Source: Octopus vulgaris
Lineage: Eukaryota
Assembly: GCA_951406725.2 (NCBI GenBank)
Contig: OX597832.1
Location: 69,130,001 to 69,194,000 of the forward strand
DNA: 64,000 nt
Reading direction: 5' to 3'
A program made the position numbers and the translations under genes. Below the pieces are notes generated by a model. It was not told the origin of the DNA. It made no database searches and saw only the letters and a program-made list of their open reading frames with translations. Positions 1-12,639 of the stretch are shown here, piece after piece. The stretch's first letter is position 1, and each line of letters starts with the position of its first letter.

Positions 1-548
1 TGACAAAAATAAAGGTGATGACGCCCCTCCAACGCCATTGTCCTCTTTGAAGGAAAGAACAGCTTCAAAATGTGCATGTGCTGCACCTTCCTATCTCACA
101 ATAAATACATTGTAAATATTGGAAGCAAAATTCTGAAATATTTTTACAAATTAATTCATATTTTATCTAAAAAAAAAAACCTTTCCTGAACACACACGCA
201 CAAATGCACACATATATGTATGAAAGTGTGCACACATGTGTGTGAGTTACATACATCACATAAATTGCAAGATAAGAATATTTAACTATCAAAAAAAAAC
301 AAGCAAATTAAAATTTTGAATCTTGAGAATTCTGGTTCAAATATTTTTTTCCTTTCCCTTCTGCACCCTCCCCACGACACACACACACAACCAGTCACAA
401 TACAATCTACATTTCAATAAATATTCCTTTCAAAAATATATTCTTCAAATTATCAGAAGTATATTATTATTTTATTGATATTACTCTCATTATTCATGAC
501 AATAGCAAGAATACTAAAGTGTTGAGAAATTCAAACACATGCATAGTT

Positions 549-701
549 TTACACACACACACACACACATATACATAGATACACACACATGCACACATAC
601 ATAGATATATGTTCATATAGATATACATACACACATACATTACATTCATATGTTGTATACAAACACACACACACATATATATACATATGCACACACACAA
701 C

Positions 702-744
<43 letters not shown>

Positions 745-750
745 ACACAC
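549..750. repeat. Compound (CA)n/(TA)n/(TC)n microsatellite
   Basis: Dinucleotide runs seen directly; they explain the CVCV/RERE ORFs. Confidence 0.95.
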
Positions 751-1085
751 ATATTCATTTAAATCAACAACATACTGAAAGTATTATTGTCTGTTGTCAG
801 ACTGCTTGAGGAAAATGTCTTGCAATCCTACCATTCTAGAAGAGAACTACAGCAAATTGCCCCCCACACACACACATAAGCATGAACATACATAAATACA
901 CACATAAGTATGAACACACATACACGCACACACACACACACACATGCAGCCAGCTAAGAAATAAAAATAAAAAATTATAGTAAACATGACAAAAATAAAG
1001 TATAGCAACAACAAAAATATTAAGAATAATAACAATGAGGAATATAAATCTGTCCTTTTGCATTATAAGATTGTAATCACCCATT

Positions 1086-1096
1086 CACACACACAC

Positions 1097-1170
<74 letters not shown>
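1086..1170. repeat. (CA)n microsatellite
   Basis: Near-perfect CA run. Confidence 0.97.
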
Positions 1171-1173
<3 letters not shown>

Positions 1174-1586
1174 GAAGCATGTGTACAGAGGCATTCGTAT
1201 GTGTGTGCACCATTGAATGCCCATATGTATACACACATACACATATGTATGTATGGATTTTTATACATACATACACTACTGATAAATAAAGAAATATATA
1301 TATATATATATGTATGTATGTATATATGTAAATACATACAATACTGATAGCTGTAGCAGAAATAATAATTCAAATATTAAGGCTAAACTAATGTTTAGCT
1401 GCTGAAAATTTCTGATACGTTTGTGGATAGCATTTAATTCTCAGATATTTTAGCCATCTTAAATTGGTACCACTTTCTTGCTTTCTTGTGTTTCCCACAA
1501 ATTGATCATGCTGAACAATAATATTTCAATACGACCAGTCCCTATTCGAAATTCATGTCCCCTATTCTGTCCCTTGGGCAGAACTC

Positions 1587-1635
<49 letters not shown>

Positions 1636-2410
1636 AAATAAGCAACAGGATATCACGTAGTAATGCAGTATGACCATTTCAAGTGGCCCCATTTAATTGA
1701 ATAATTCAATTATTACATCAATTTAAATGCACAAATAAATAAATGGAATTGTAACAAGTAGGACACATTAATATGATTTTTCTTAAATATTTTGACAGAC
1801 CAAGAAGATGGAAAAAAGTGAGTTGACAGATCATGGTTAGGTATGGTCATGAATATTGTCATATGTATCTCTTTTCCCTAGGGAGGAAATAAGACATTAG
1901 GAGTCAGTTGGTTATAAGTAACTGTCTATAAAAAGAGGCAGGGTAGGGGTAGACTTTAAATCATTATATTAATTACCAGTTAAAGGGGCAAGATGCTAAG
2001 AAACTTAAGATGTTAATACAGAAGAAATTTTATTTAGGGTCACTATGGGGGAATGTTCATAAACAATATTGTTATGTTGTATATAAATATATATTGATAT
2101 CTAACAGAAGTGACAGGGTGACTCTTGAATACTAAGTCATTCTGTTACTTCTGCTAGGAATTAATAAATATATAAGTAAATGTAGGGATAAGCAAGTTAG
2201 ACTGATCAATATATAAAATGTATTAAATACATGAAATACAAAAAATGTATATATGTATACATATAAAAGAGAATTAATGAGGATGAGGAACAGTATTACA
2301 AATTCGACAGCTGTTTCATTTCCTTACATTACCTGCACAAGTTTAAACCCCTTGAGTGCTACTAAGTGCATTCTATTACAAAGAGCATTTGCATCTCATC
2401 TATGAACTAT
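1636..2410 (-). mobile_element. Unclassified interspersed repeat containing a hammerhead remnant (Penelope pLTR-like)
   Basis: 1636-1790 resembles 27200-27370 (aagcaacaggatat..taatgcagtatga..ccatttaattgaa..ttacatcaatttaaa). GAAACAGCTGTC lies on the minus strand at 2306-2317. Confidence 0.35.
2301..2408 (-). ncRNA. Degenerate type I hammerhead ribozyme with long stem II
   Basis: Minus strand reads AGTTC-ATAGATGA-G..~75 nt..T-GAAAC-AGCT-GTC-GAATT. Stem I AGTTC/GAATT and the palindromic stem III are retained, but the CUGAUGA box is mutated. Confidence 0.35.
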
Positions 2411-2412
2411 AA

Positions 2413-2790
2413 GGAGCAGGAGTAGCTGTGTGGTAAGAAGCTTGCTTCCCAACCACATGGTTCCAGGTTCAGTCCCACTGCATGGCAACTTGGGCAAGTG
2501 TCTTCTACTATAGCCTAGGGCCAACCAAAACCTTGTGAGTAGATATGGTAGATGGAAACTGAAAGAAGCCTGTTGTATATATATGTGTGTGTGTTTGTTT
2601 GTTCCCTCACCATCACTTGATAACCGATGTTGGTGTGTTTACATCCCCATAACTTAGCAGTTTGGCAAAAGAGACTGATAGAATAAGAACCAGGCTTACA
2701 AAGAATAAGTCCTGGGCTGATTTGTTCGACTAAAGGCAGTGCTCCAGCATGGCTGCAGTCAAAGGACAATCAGGTAAAAGAATATAAATA
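2413..2790 (+). mobile_element. tRNA-derived SINE family A (octopus OR/OK-like)
   Basis: A-box-like TAGCTGTGTGG, B-box-like GGTTCAGTCCC, CORE-like TTGGGCAAGTG, internal (TG)n and tail GTGCTCCAGCATGGCTGCAGTC. Many copies in the window. Confidence 0.85.
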
Positions 2791-2825
2791 TATATGTATG
2801 TATATACGGCAGGGGAGAAGTGAGT

Positions 2826-4378
2826 AATTTCTAAGCACTGTTGGAAAGACCTTTGCCCACGTTATCCTGGCCAGGCTACAACTACTTGCTTCTCGAATCT
2901 TCTCGAATCCGGAATCGCAGTGTGGCTTTAGAAGAAGCAGAACAACTATCGATATGATATTCTCCATACGCCAACTTCAGGAGAAGTCCAGAGAGCAGAG
3001 AATGCCATTATATATGGCCTTCATTGATCTAACAAAGGCTTTTGACTCGGTAAGCAGAACAGGCCTCTTCACCCTGCTCCAAAAATCGGATGTCCACCAA
3101 AGCTGCTGAGGATCATCAAGTCTTTCCATGATGACATGCAAGGCACCATACAGCACAACGGTTCAACATCAGCCGCCTTCCAAATAAAAAACAGGGTAAA
3201 GCAAGGTTGTGTCCTCGCTCCTACATTGTTTGGCATCTTCTTCTCGCTCTTACTCTCACATGCCTTTCAGACATCAGATGATGGAGTGTTTCTGCACAGT
3301 AGAAGTGACGGGAAACTGTTCAATCTCTCGCGCCTGCATGCCAAGACCAAAATCAGAAACGTCCTGATCATGCTATTTGCTGATGATGCCGCTCTGGTAT
3401 CACACACAGAAGAAGCCCTCCAAAGGCTCATTAATTGTTTTGAGCAATCATGTAACGACTTTGGCTTAGCTATCAGCCTTAAGAAGATTAACATCATGGG
3501 TCAGGCTACATCAGAAATCCCAAACATACATATTGGAGACCACAGATTGCAAGAGGTGGAGAAGTTTACCTATCTGGGCTCTACCGTCACCTACAACCTA
3601 TCCCTCGACGCTGAGCTCAATATACGCATTGGCAAGGTAGCTGCTGCGATGGCCCAACTCTCCAAACAGGCTTGGGACAACAATAAGCTGACCAAGACCA
3701 CGAAAATGAAGATCTACCAGGCATGTGTACTTAGCACTCTACTGTATGGAAGTGAGACTTGGACGCTATACACATGCCAAGAGCGTCGCCTAAACATCTT
3801 TCACCTGCGCTACCTCCGGAAAATCCTCCGTATCAAATGGCAGAACCATATCCCTAACAAAGATGTCCTCAGGCAAGCAGGAATACCAAGCATGTTTGCA
3901 CTCTTCACACAAAGACGTATGAGATGGCTTGGGCATGTTAGCCATATGAAAGATGGCAGAATCCCCAAGGACATACTCTACGGAGAGCTTGCTAGGGGTA
4001 CCAGGTCTGTGGGTAGACCGCTCTTACGTTACAAGGATGTTTGCAAAAGGGACATAAAGGCCTGCAACATCAATATTAGCGGTTGGGAGGTGGTTGCCAG
4101 CAACCGTGGAGACTGGCAAGAGAGGGAATACAAAGGAGTGACAGAGAAAGAGAGGAGAAATGGAAAGAGAAGAAAAGACGTCAACAAGAAACTATGGCAT
4201 TACAACCAGCCAGGAACAGTCTTCGCTACATTTGCGGTACCTGCCAGAGGGAGTGTTTGTCCAGGATAGGACTACACATCCACAGCAGGAAATGTATCAG
4301 GACATGAAATGTAAAAGCCAGACTGGACTACTTTATGCGCAACTCCATTGTCTCCCGAGACAAAAAGGATGCCAACAA
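2826..4378 (+). mobile_element. 5'-truncated RTE-clade (BovB-like) LINE
   Basis: Upstream frame gives PESQCGFR..DMIFSIRQLQEK..FIDLTKAFDSV, then VKQGCVLAPTLF, LFADD, YLGS, LLYGSETW, WLGHV. C-terminal CGTC..H..SRKC finger is in a shifted frame, followed by a short 3' UTR. Confidence 0.95.
3136..4269 (+). pseudogene. RTE reverse transcriptase fragment (frameshifted near 2900, 3085 and 4125)
   Basis: 377-aa ORF with RT motifs QG..LAP and FADD; no endonuclease domain; frameshifts on both sides. Confidence 0.9.
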
Positions 4379-7342
4379 TATACAGCAGTACTGTAAATAT
4401 ATCAAGCAAAATACCTTCTGGTATTTGGTTGCCTGTTTTAATCCCTCCCTTGATTACTGATTTCCTCCTTGCTGGAGCAATAATTTCAATACAAGTTGAT
4501 AAGCAATTATGCAACAGAAAATTGGTTAAAGATCACTTCTCTCTCTGACCCCCAAACATCGATTAATGCTCCTTTCAGTTGACCTTGTTATCCCTTCTTT
4601 ACCATTTGTGGACACACAAGCTACATTTGGTGACATACAGACATACAGTAACCATTCAGAAATAACTAGAAAATCATGCATTTAACATTTCCCTTTTGAA
4701 AGAGGAAAAAAATTTGTACTTCAACATTTGCTTAAAAATTGACGAGAAAATTAATTTAAATCAAATTTACTGAATTAATTAGTAGCTGAGAATTAACAAT
4801 ATTCTCAGTTTAACTACGCAAATAAATGAATAAATAAATTAATTAAATGAAAAAAAAAAGAAAAAAACTAGAATTTATTGGCTGACATTCTATGATGATT
4901 GACAAGCAAATAGCAAGTTGTTGATTGTCTAAAAACAAAAAAAAAATTTTTTAATTTTTAAAAATTAACCATTTCTTATTTGGATGTCTTAAAATGGATG
5001 AGAAAAGAATTACAGTTGAATTTATGCATTTGTGACAACTGTAGCGACACTAGCTGACTGACTGGCAATCAAGCTTATATGTGGTAGAGAAGGTCTACTC
5101 GTTTGTTTTTGTCAATGGTTTTAACAAAAGAAAATGTGGTTTCCACAAAAACTTTATAGAAAATTATTTTACTAGCAAGACATATATGGTTGGTGCTCAG
5201 TTTAAATAGGAAATCAGCTGAGTCATTACTTCATTTGACTTCCTGCACTCTATGTTCAAATCCTGCCAGGATCAAATTTGTCTCTTATCCTTTTGGTAGC
5301 AGCAAAAATTACTGATTTGAGATCATGAATTAGCAGAAGTTTGACCACTGTTAAATAGGAAACCTTGTGACATTGGTTCCAGCTTTTTTTGTGTTCTAAC
5401 CACAACAGTGGTGCTAAGCTGTATCACACTTATGGTAAGGGTTTTCTCTTGGAGGACTTACTTCCAGGAAAGAGAAACTCTTTGTCCAGGCCTGTGTATA
5501 CAAGCACAGATACAAGATGAATTCTGACTGGTGAAGGCCCTTAGCTGCTCAGTTTATACATTTGTAAGTCAATGTTTTCAGGAGAAATGTAGACAGTAAC
5601 AGGAAGGAAATTTCATGTGATTGATCTTCTAAGAAAGAAAAATTGTGCAGAAGCAGTTCATGAACAGAATCTATAAGAGGGAGAGGTAGAGTGTGGGTGA
5701 TGAAAGGGAGTAGTGGGTGTGTCAGTTGAGCCTAGATAGAGGCAGCAGCTCACTAAGGAGTGTAAGGTGTCATAGTGACAGAAGCGACAAAAGACTGGAA
5801 TATGAGATGAATTAGGAAGGACCTGTGAATAAATTACAACAGTTGGCACCAAAAATGAGACACTTTTATTCAGAATCATCACAGTCATCAATTTAACATC
5901 CACTTTTTCAACTTTGTAAGAGTTTATAGAATTTTTGGGGGACAGGATATTTATAGCCAGAGGTTCTTTCTGTTGCCAACTCTTACCTGTTTCCCAGGTA
6001 AGCTGATATTTTCCTTCATCTTTCACATATTTTCACAGACAATTGGAAATACATGACACTACTTCAGATGGTAATGTCAGTTTAAAACTACCACATGATG
6101 GGAAGACAAAAGAGAAACACAAGGAAATGTTACACTAAATCTATCTGCTACATTTGTCAATTGACCACAGAATTAGATGCATTCTATAGGTTCGTTATAT
6201 ATGGTATCTAGGCAACCACATCTATGAAGACAACCTCGTTCACCAGTTGGCTGTTTCTATCATACCACCTCATTTTGCTAATAGACAACCACATTCTACC
6301 ATGTAGTTAGATGCTACTATGCATGTTCAGCCAAACGATGCTCTGCTTTTTGACTAAAAGACAGATTGAATAATGTTGTTACTAATGCACTGTGTCTGAA
6401 AAACTAAACAAGTGAAAAAAACAAGCTGGATGGTCCCAGTTGGAATAACTTTTATCATATGTCTCCTCTAAATAACTACAAAACATTCACAATGGCATAA
6501 TGCCAGGCAGTTTCCATATACCAGACAAACTCCTTACACAACAAAATTATACCAGGCAGTCTACTGCGATGGTCAATTTAATTCAATAGCCAAGTGTCAT
6601 TCTTCAAACAAGAAACATTAATATCTTCATTGTACTAGATAACCTTATGCAACAAGAAAATCATTCCATAAGGTATTCTATCTGGCAGTCACATTACCAG
6701 ACAACCCCTCTAAGTCAGAGCAGATAGCATCTTACAACTTACCAAGCAATCTCCTCTAATTCTTTGCAGAAGAAAATTAAAGAATTATATTTAATGATGA
6801 TGCCAATACATTTTCTGGTGAACTTGTTGCTTTACTGTAAAACCAACAACTCAACACCTGGAATTTTCACCAAGAATTAATTCACAAGTTCTGCTAAAAA
6901 TTGTTGCAAACAAATTTAGTTATACAAGCTTTTAATACAATAAAAGCCACTGATTTGCCGCAGTAACCTGAATAATTACAAAGACAGCATGTGTGTGTGT
7001 GTGAGGAACAAAAAGCTGTGAGTTCGAAGGTGCTAGACTGCTTGATTTCATTAGGTCATAACTTCAAATATTTACTGTGTAACACCTTTCGAAAGGACAT
7101 ACAACATCAAATTGCCTTTTTAATAACTCTGCAAGCACTTTCATTTCATAGACGAAAGCAAAGAACATTATAATTATAATGAATGAGGAAACAAAACAAA
7201 AACCGATTAACCTTGCTTCAAATGAAGTCACTTCTCTGTCTCAAGTTTGTAAATAATCAAGAATGTTGTGGGATTTATTGAAATCACTTTATATGTTCAT
7301 CTCTGAGTTGGTGTTTCGAATAACACTTAAACAAAAGCAAGT

Positions 7343-7530
7343 CATCATCATCATCCTCATCATCATCATTTAATGTCTGTTCTTCAAGCTGGAAAGAATT
7401 GACAGGGGCTGGCAAGCCAGAGGACCATGCCAAGTTCCAATGTCTGCTTTGGTCTGTTTTCTTCGGCTGGATGTCTTTCCTAATGCCGACCAGTTTACAG
7501 TGTGTACCAAGTGCTTTATATGTGATACCA
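7343..7530 (-). mobile_element. RTE-3'-end-like SINE/LINE tail family ending in (GAT)n (representative copy)
   Basis: Motif GTTAGGAAGGGCATCCAGC..CCAACCCATGCCAGCATGGAA..GGACRTTAAAYGATGATGAT. Similar copies near 8620-8830(+), 17920-18200(-), 22036-22200(-), 33400-33600(+), 33800-33980(+), 41750-41910(+), 44080-44220(+), 49470-49615(+), 54400-54535(+) and 63700-63900(+). Confidence 0.7.
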
Positions 7531-10500
7531 GTACTAGTATAACCTCAAATGAGTTGGTGTGATGGGGTGGGGAACGTAGTATGGAGGGAGGAGGCTTTAT
7601 TCTAGGTGAGGAGTGGTTTATTGTGTGATAGGAGGCAGGGAGAGGAAAAGATCCATCTTATTGTAAGGAAGATACATGGTCACCCCAGTTAGAGGGGAAG
7701 GAAGAGGATGGTGGTGAAGATGTGTCAGGGCATAACCTCAAGGTTATGTAAGAAAAGTAAGAGCAGTGGTATGGGTGAGAATGTGAGTGGTGAACATGGG
7801 TGGAATCAAGGTTAGTCATTCATCTTTTCGAGGGCAAAGAGGAGGAAGTAGGTATGGGTCAAGGAAGTAAGAGGTGACACCAAGAAGGGGTAAAGTGAAT
7901 GGGGGTGGTGTGTGAAATGCACAGTGAAATCAGAGGTAGATGAGGGAAGAAGTGGTGAGAGGATGACAGGGGTAGCATAGGGATATCTGCTGCTGCTACT
8001 GCTGGCAAAATTAAGGGTGTACAAGTGAAGGGGAGGTGAAAGGAGTATAGAGTGGAATGACAGGGAAAGGAATGATATGAAGAGTGAGTGTAGAAGGAAG
8101 TAGTCTCCTAATTACAGCAACTGGGTAGATAGTTCTGCCATGAGAAAGATGATGGACACGTGGTTGAGTTGTAGAAAGGGTGGATGATAGGAAAATGGGC
8201 TTTTGCGGGTGCTTCGTCAAGGAGGGATTGGGTTTAAGGGATGGGAGAGAGGTTTAGATTGGGTGCAGGGGGAATAAACATAGGCGACATGCATTTAGGG
8301 CCTCATTTTTTCTGAAGCGGATGGGTTTTCTTGAGCACAACAAACAGCCATGGATCTCAATCCTTTGTTTTTACCTCTGAAGCATTGCACATCCGGTAGA
8401 GTTAAATTCCTCTGCTACGACCAGTGGCACTATGATAAATAAGGTGGGTGTGTGTGCTTGAGAACCAAGCTTGTGTCCTATAGTTCATGAGCTTGTTCCT
8501 TTGCCATACTTCAGCCTTTCAATTCCTGGCATATAGCCGCCTCCCCATCTTCCACCTCACCCACTTACTATGAGAAGTTCTTTCCATTTCCTCTGTTCTT
8601 TTCTTTTTTGTTTTTTGTCTTGCAAGATACATGGCGACCTCACAAGTGCTGGTGGCATGAAGAAAAGGCATCCACAACACACTGTAATATGGTTGACATT
8701 AGGAAGGGCACCTAGCAGTAGAAACCATGCCAAACCTGATGCTAGAATTTGGTACAGCCCTTCCATTCACTATCTCCAGTTAAACCATCCAACCCATATT
8801 AGCTTGGAAGCAGATGTTAAGTGATGATAATGACAGGCATCTACAGTTGGTTGGCCAAAGGTTATAGCAGAAGATGCTTGCCCAGGGGGTCGGGCACTGG
8901 AACCGAACCAAAATCCACATTGTTGCAAAGCTAGTGTCCTAACTACCTGACCATTCCTGCTGAAAAATCATTACAGAATACAACAACCTATGATATTTTT
9001 ATAAAAGGAAAAAACTTAATCAAAAAAAGTTATAGATAAGTCTGTGCTCCAGCATGGCCACAATCAAATGACTGAAACAAGTAAAAGAATAAAAGAATAC
9101 CCTTAGTAAGAGATTTTCACAGCTGCAGTTTCTTTGATCATAGATCTTCTCAATTAAACATCAATAACAACAACAACAGCCACAGAAACCTAATGATGAT
9201 GAGTATCATATTAGTTGAAACCAAAGTGTAGATGTAGATAATCTAAATTTACAAATACAAGCTCCAAAGAGGTTAATAGCTTGAGCAATTATAAGTTTAT
9301 AAAACAGAACTTATTCTCTTAAAACCCATTTCCCCCAGAGTATTAACATAAAACAAATATAAAAGAATATTTAAAAATAAAAATAATAGACATTAGTAGT
9401 TAGTCACTAACCATCTTTTTCCACACTTTTCTTTCAATGTAATGTTTTCCTATTTTTTTTTATTCTTTTTACAAAGAGAATTAAGAAACAGAAAAGAAAA
9501 GAAAAGCCTTTTTTTTTATAGCTGTCTTCAATAGAAGCCAAAGAGAAACAAATTTTAGTGTTTCTTTTGTGTTAGCAAAAACTAGCATTAATAAAGATGA
9601 TACAATAGCCGCTTTCATCATCATCATCACCATCATCATCTTCTACAACTCTACCACCACCACCACCATCCCCTTCAACTCCACAACCATCACAATCACC
9701 ACCGTTATTATCATTATTCTGATTAGCTTTAGCCATCCTCCCCACCCCTGTTTAATACCATTTACAGAAGAATCAAATATAATGATTCTCACAGAAACAA
9801 AAACCGGTAAAGTGCACAACTAATTCAACTATAAATTGTTTTTAAGACTTTCTTTTTTAAACACCTCAAGAGTATTAGTTCATTCGTTGCTTTTTTCCAC
9901 GGTAACAATGGCAGCAGCAGCAGCAGTGGTGGTGGTGGCAGTAGCAGCAGTAATAACAGTGGTGGTAGTCTTTGCTTTTTTCCGTTTTTGTTATTTTTAA
10001 AATTAATCATTTTTAAGCACTTCTTGTATTGAAATTCTATGTTAAATGGGGCAGTTTTAGTTTAAAAGATGCCAGAACCTTATCAAATGAAAGCAAACTG
10101 GTTGACCAGAGATATGGGAATGACCAAATTTTATCCTCTCCGTTTCTGTATCCATCCATCTTCTGCATCCATTATTCCTGCCAATGTCTTAGGAGTAGTA
10201 TTTCAGGAACCTCCCCCATAAAGTCCTATCAGAAGGATACTTTCCAACCAGGATTCTAAAGCATGACCAATCAAGACTATGGATATTATCCAGTCATCTC
10301 ATTCTTGGTCCCCCAATGGTTGGCTCAGCTTTAAGAATCCCTGCTGTGATTTTTTCCTGTTGCTTCTTTGCTTTGAGAGGTCATAGCTCCAGTGCTTTAC
10401 ACGTGATTAGAATGGCACAGGAAATAATTCTTTAAGTATTTCACAAAAAATACAATATTAGATTTCCTCCCTGACATTCTCCATGGAATTATAGTTTCTA

Positions 10501-10924
10501 ATAACTTTTAGATTTTCTTTTTCCTTCTTTTTTTAACGAAATATTGGTTTCAAATTTTGGCACAAGGCCAGCAATTTCGCAAGAAGTGGAGTAAAACTAT
10601 TACATCAACTGGTAGAAAGTAGGAAAGGCAAAGTCGACCTCAACAGAGTTTGAACTCAGAACATAAAAAGCCAGAGAATATTCCATTAAACATTTGGCCC
10701 AGTGTGTTAGCAATTCTGCCAAACACTAAATCAATTGAGGAAGCCACACCAAACTTTGGGAGACTTGAGTTTAGTAATACATATATACTTTGTTTTCCTT
10801 ATTAATAGTATTATCAGATACATCATTGCTGTTTTGGGCCAATAAAAAGTATTATTATTATTATTATTATTATCATCATCAGCATCATTATCATTATTAT
10901 TATCATTATTATTATTATTATTGT

Positions 10925-11275
10925 TATATTAAAAACTCACAGTTTATTTTTGCCAGCAGACCAAGGTGACTCTTGTTTACTGGTCATGCTTCAAGAACCC
11001 TGCAAAGAATTCTTGCAGTTCCAAGCAATGCTGATTTTTGTAGGTGTTCTACCTTCACACTTGCACCAATCTTTTTCAGCCATGTTGGTAGTTGAGTTCC
11101 AATACTTCCAAGTGCACCAATTACTATTGATATCACGTCTACTCTTTTCATTGACCACACCCTTCGTATTTTCCGCTTCAAATCGTCATAGTTGTTTATT
11201 CTTTCTTCTTCTTTCACAATGATCCTGTTGTCAAAGGGGAATGCTATGTTGATAATCATACATGTACTTTCTTTT
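10925..11275 (-). mobile_element. R4/Dong-type LINE 3' fragment (RLE domain end)
   Basis: IINIAFPFDNRI..KEEERINNYDDLK..W..VDVISIVIGALG..LQKSALLGTARIL; flanked by (TAA)n. Confidence 0.85.
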
Positions 11276-11330
11276 TTTAATAATAATAATTCCTTGAAAT
11301 AATAATAATTATTATTATTATTATTATTAT

Positions 11331-12178
11331 TCTATGTTTGACTTTTGCTTTACATTTGCACAAGCTGGCTCCAAGTCTCACCCAGAGACCTCAAGAGACA
11401 ACAAGTTGGAAGTTCATGTTGGTGTTATGCCTAGGGTGCCATATATTTGATTTTGTACTTAGTGTTGTACTAGTGAATGCCTAAAAAAAAACATACGAAA
11501 ATTATGTTTGTTTTAAACCTTGAGATTACAAAGAAAGTATTTTGCATAGGATATGAGTAGTTCCCATGAGCATTATCTTTTGAATTTCTGCCATTTTGGG
11601 GTTTCCAGGTATCTGAGTTAGGTAGCAATCAGCCCCTTTTGCTATCATTCCCAGGGCACCTATGACAACAGGTATTGTTTTAGTCTTCAGGTTCCACATT
11701 TTGCTGATTTCTATTTCAACGTCTTTATATTTGCTCAGTTTCTGGTAGGTCTTGACAGATACGTTTATATCAATTGGGACAGTCATATCAATGAAGAGGC
11801 ATGTTTTTTGTCTGAAGTCTTTCAATATAATGTCTGGCCAATTCGCATCTATCTTTCTGTCAGTTTGAATGGGGAAGTTCCAGAGGAGTGAGATGTGGTC
11901 ATTTTCAAGCAATAGAGGTGGTTTGTGTTCCCACCAGTTTTTATCATGGGGCAAGTCCAGGCTTCTGCAAATTACCCAGTGAATATATTGTGCAGCTCTA
12001 TCATGCCTGTTAAGATACTCTGTAGGCGCAAGAAGACTGCACTTGGAGACAACATGATCAATGGTTTCATTTTGTTGTTGAAATACATGGCATGTTGGGC
12101 TACTGCCGTTCTTTAATATGTTGGCCTGGTAGTTCCTTGTAGGTAGGCATTGATCTTGAGCTGCTATGATAAACCCTT
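11331..12178 (-). mobile_element. R4/Dong-type LINE 3' fragment (CCHC remnant, RLE, 3' UTR)
   Basis: GFIIAAQDQ..ETIDHVVSKC..RHD..IHW..LLWNFPIQTDRKIDANWPDII..IDMTVP..KLSKYKD..VVIGALG; (TAA)n at both ends. Confidence 0.92.
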
Positions 12179-12189
12179 ATTATTATTAT

Positions 12190-12442
12190 TGCTATCTTTT
12201 TTCTTCTTCTTTCAAATTTGCTTCCATTTCTTGCCGAGTGTCTTCCCGACTCCTAGGGCAAAGAACTCATAGTATACATTGGTAGGCCATTAAACTAAAC
12301 TCACTAGTTCATTCATTTTTTTTTTTAAAGTTAAATTAAAATACATGGGTAGTAATAGTTCTCACATCGACAATGCTCTTCTCAATACGTGTGATGTACC
12401 AGTTAAGACAATCTTTTGCACTTCTTGCAGGGATGGTAAGCC

Positions 12443-12443
<1 letters not shown>
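12190..12443 (-). mobile_element. R4/Dong-type LINE extreme 3' fragment
   Basis: LPSLQEVQKIVLTGTSHVLRRALSM* plus 3' UTR, between (TAA)n tracts. Confidence 0.8.
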
Positions 12444-12496
<53 letters not shown>

Positions 12497-12560
12497 CATT
12501 ATTATTATTATTATCATTATTATTATTATTATCATTATTATTATTATTATTATTATCATA
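12443..12560. repeat. (TTA)n/(TCA) microsatellite
   Basis: Trinucleotide run seen directly. Confidence 0.97.
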
Positions 12561-12639
12561 TAACAGTTCAAAATTTGGTAGATTGAGGCAAATTTCTACT
12601 GCATCACCTGCTTCATCTCTGTGTTGCTGGAGAGTGCAG

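Noticed and set aside
494-1660. Many ORFs of CVCV/YIYI/THTH/IIII/EEEE/SSSS type here and throughout the window
   Set aside because: They are translations of microsatellites with no domain content.
2800-2812. Target-site duplication for the RTE (ATATACGGCAG versus ATATACAGCAG at ~4378)
   Set aside because: Imperfect, low-complexity and ~14 nt away from the apparent 5' end; not reliable.
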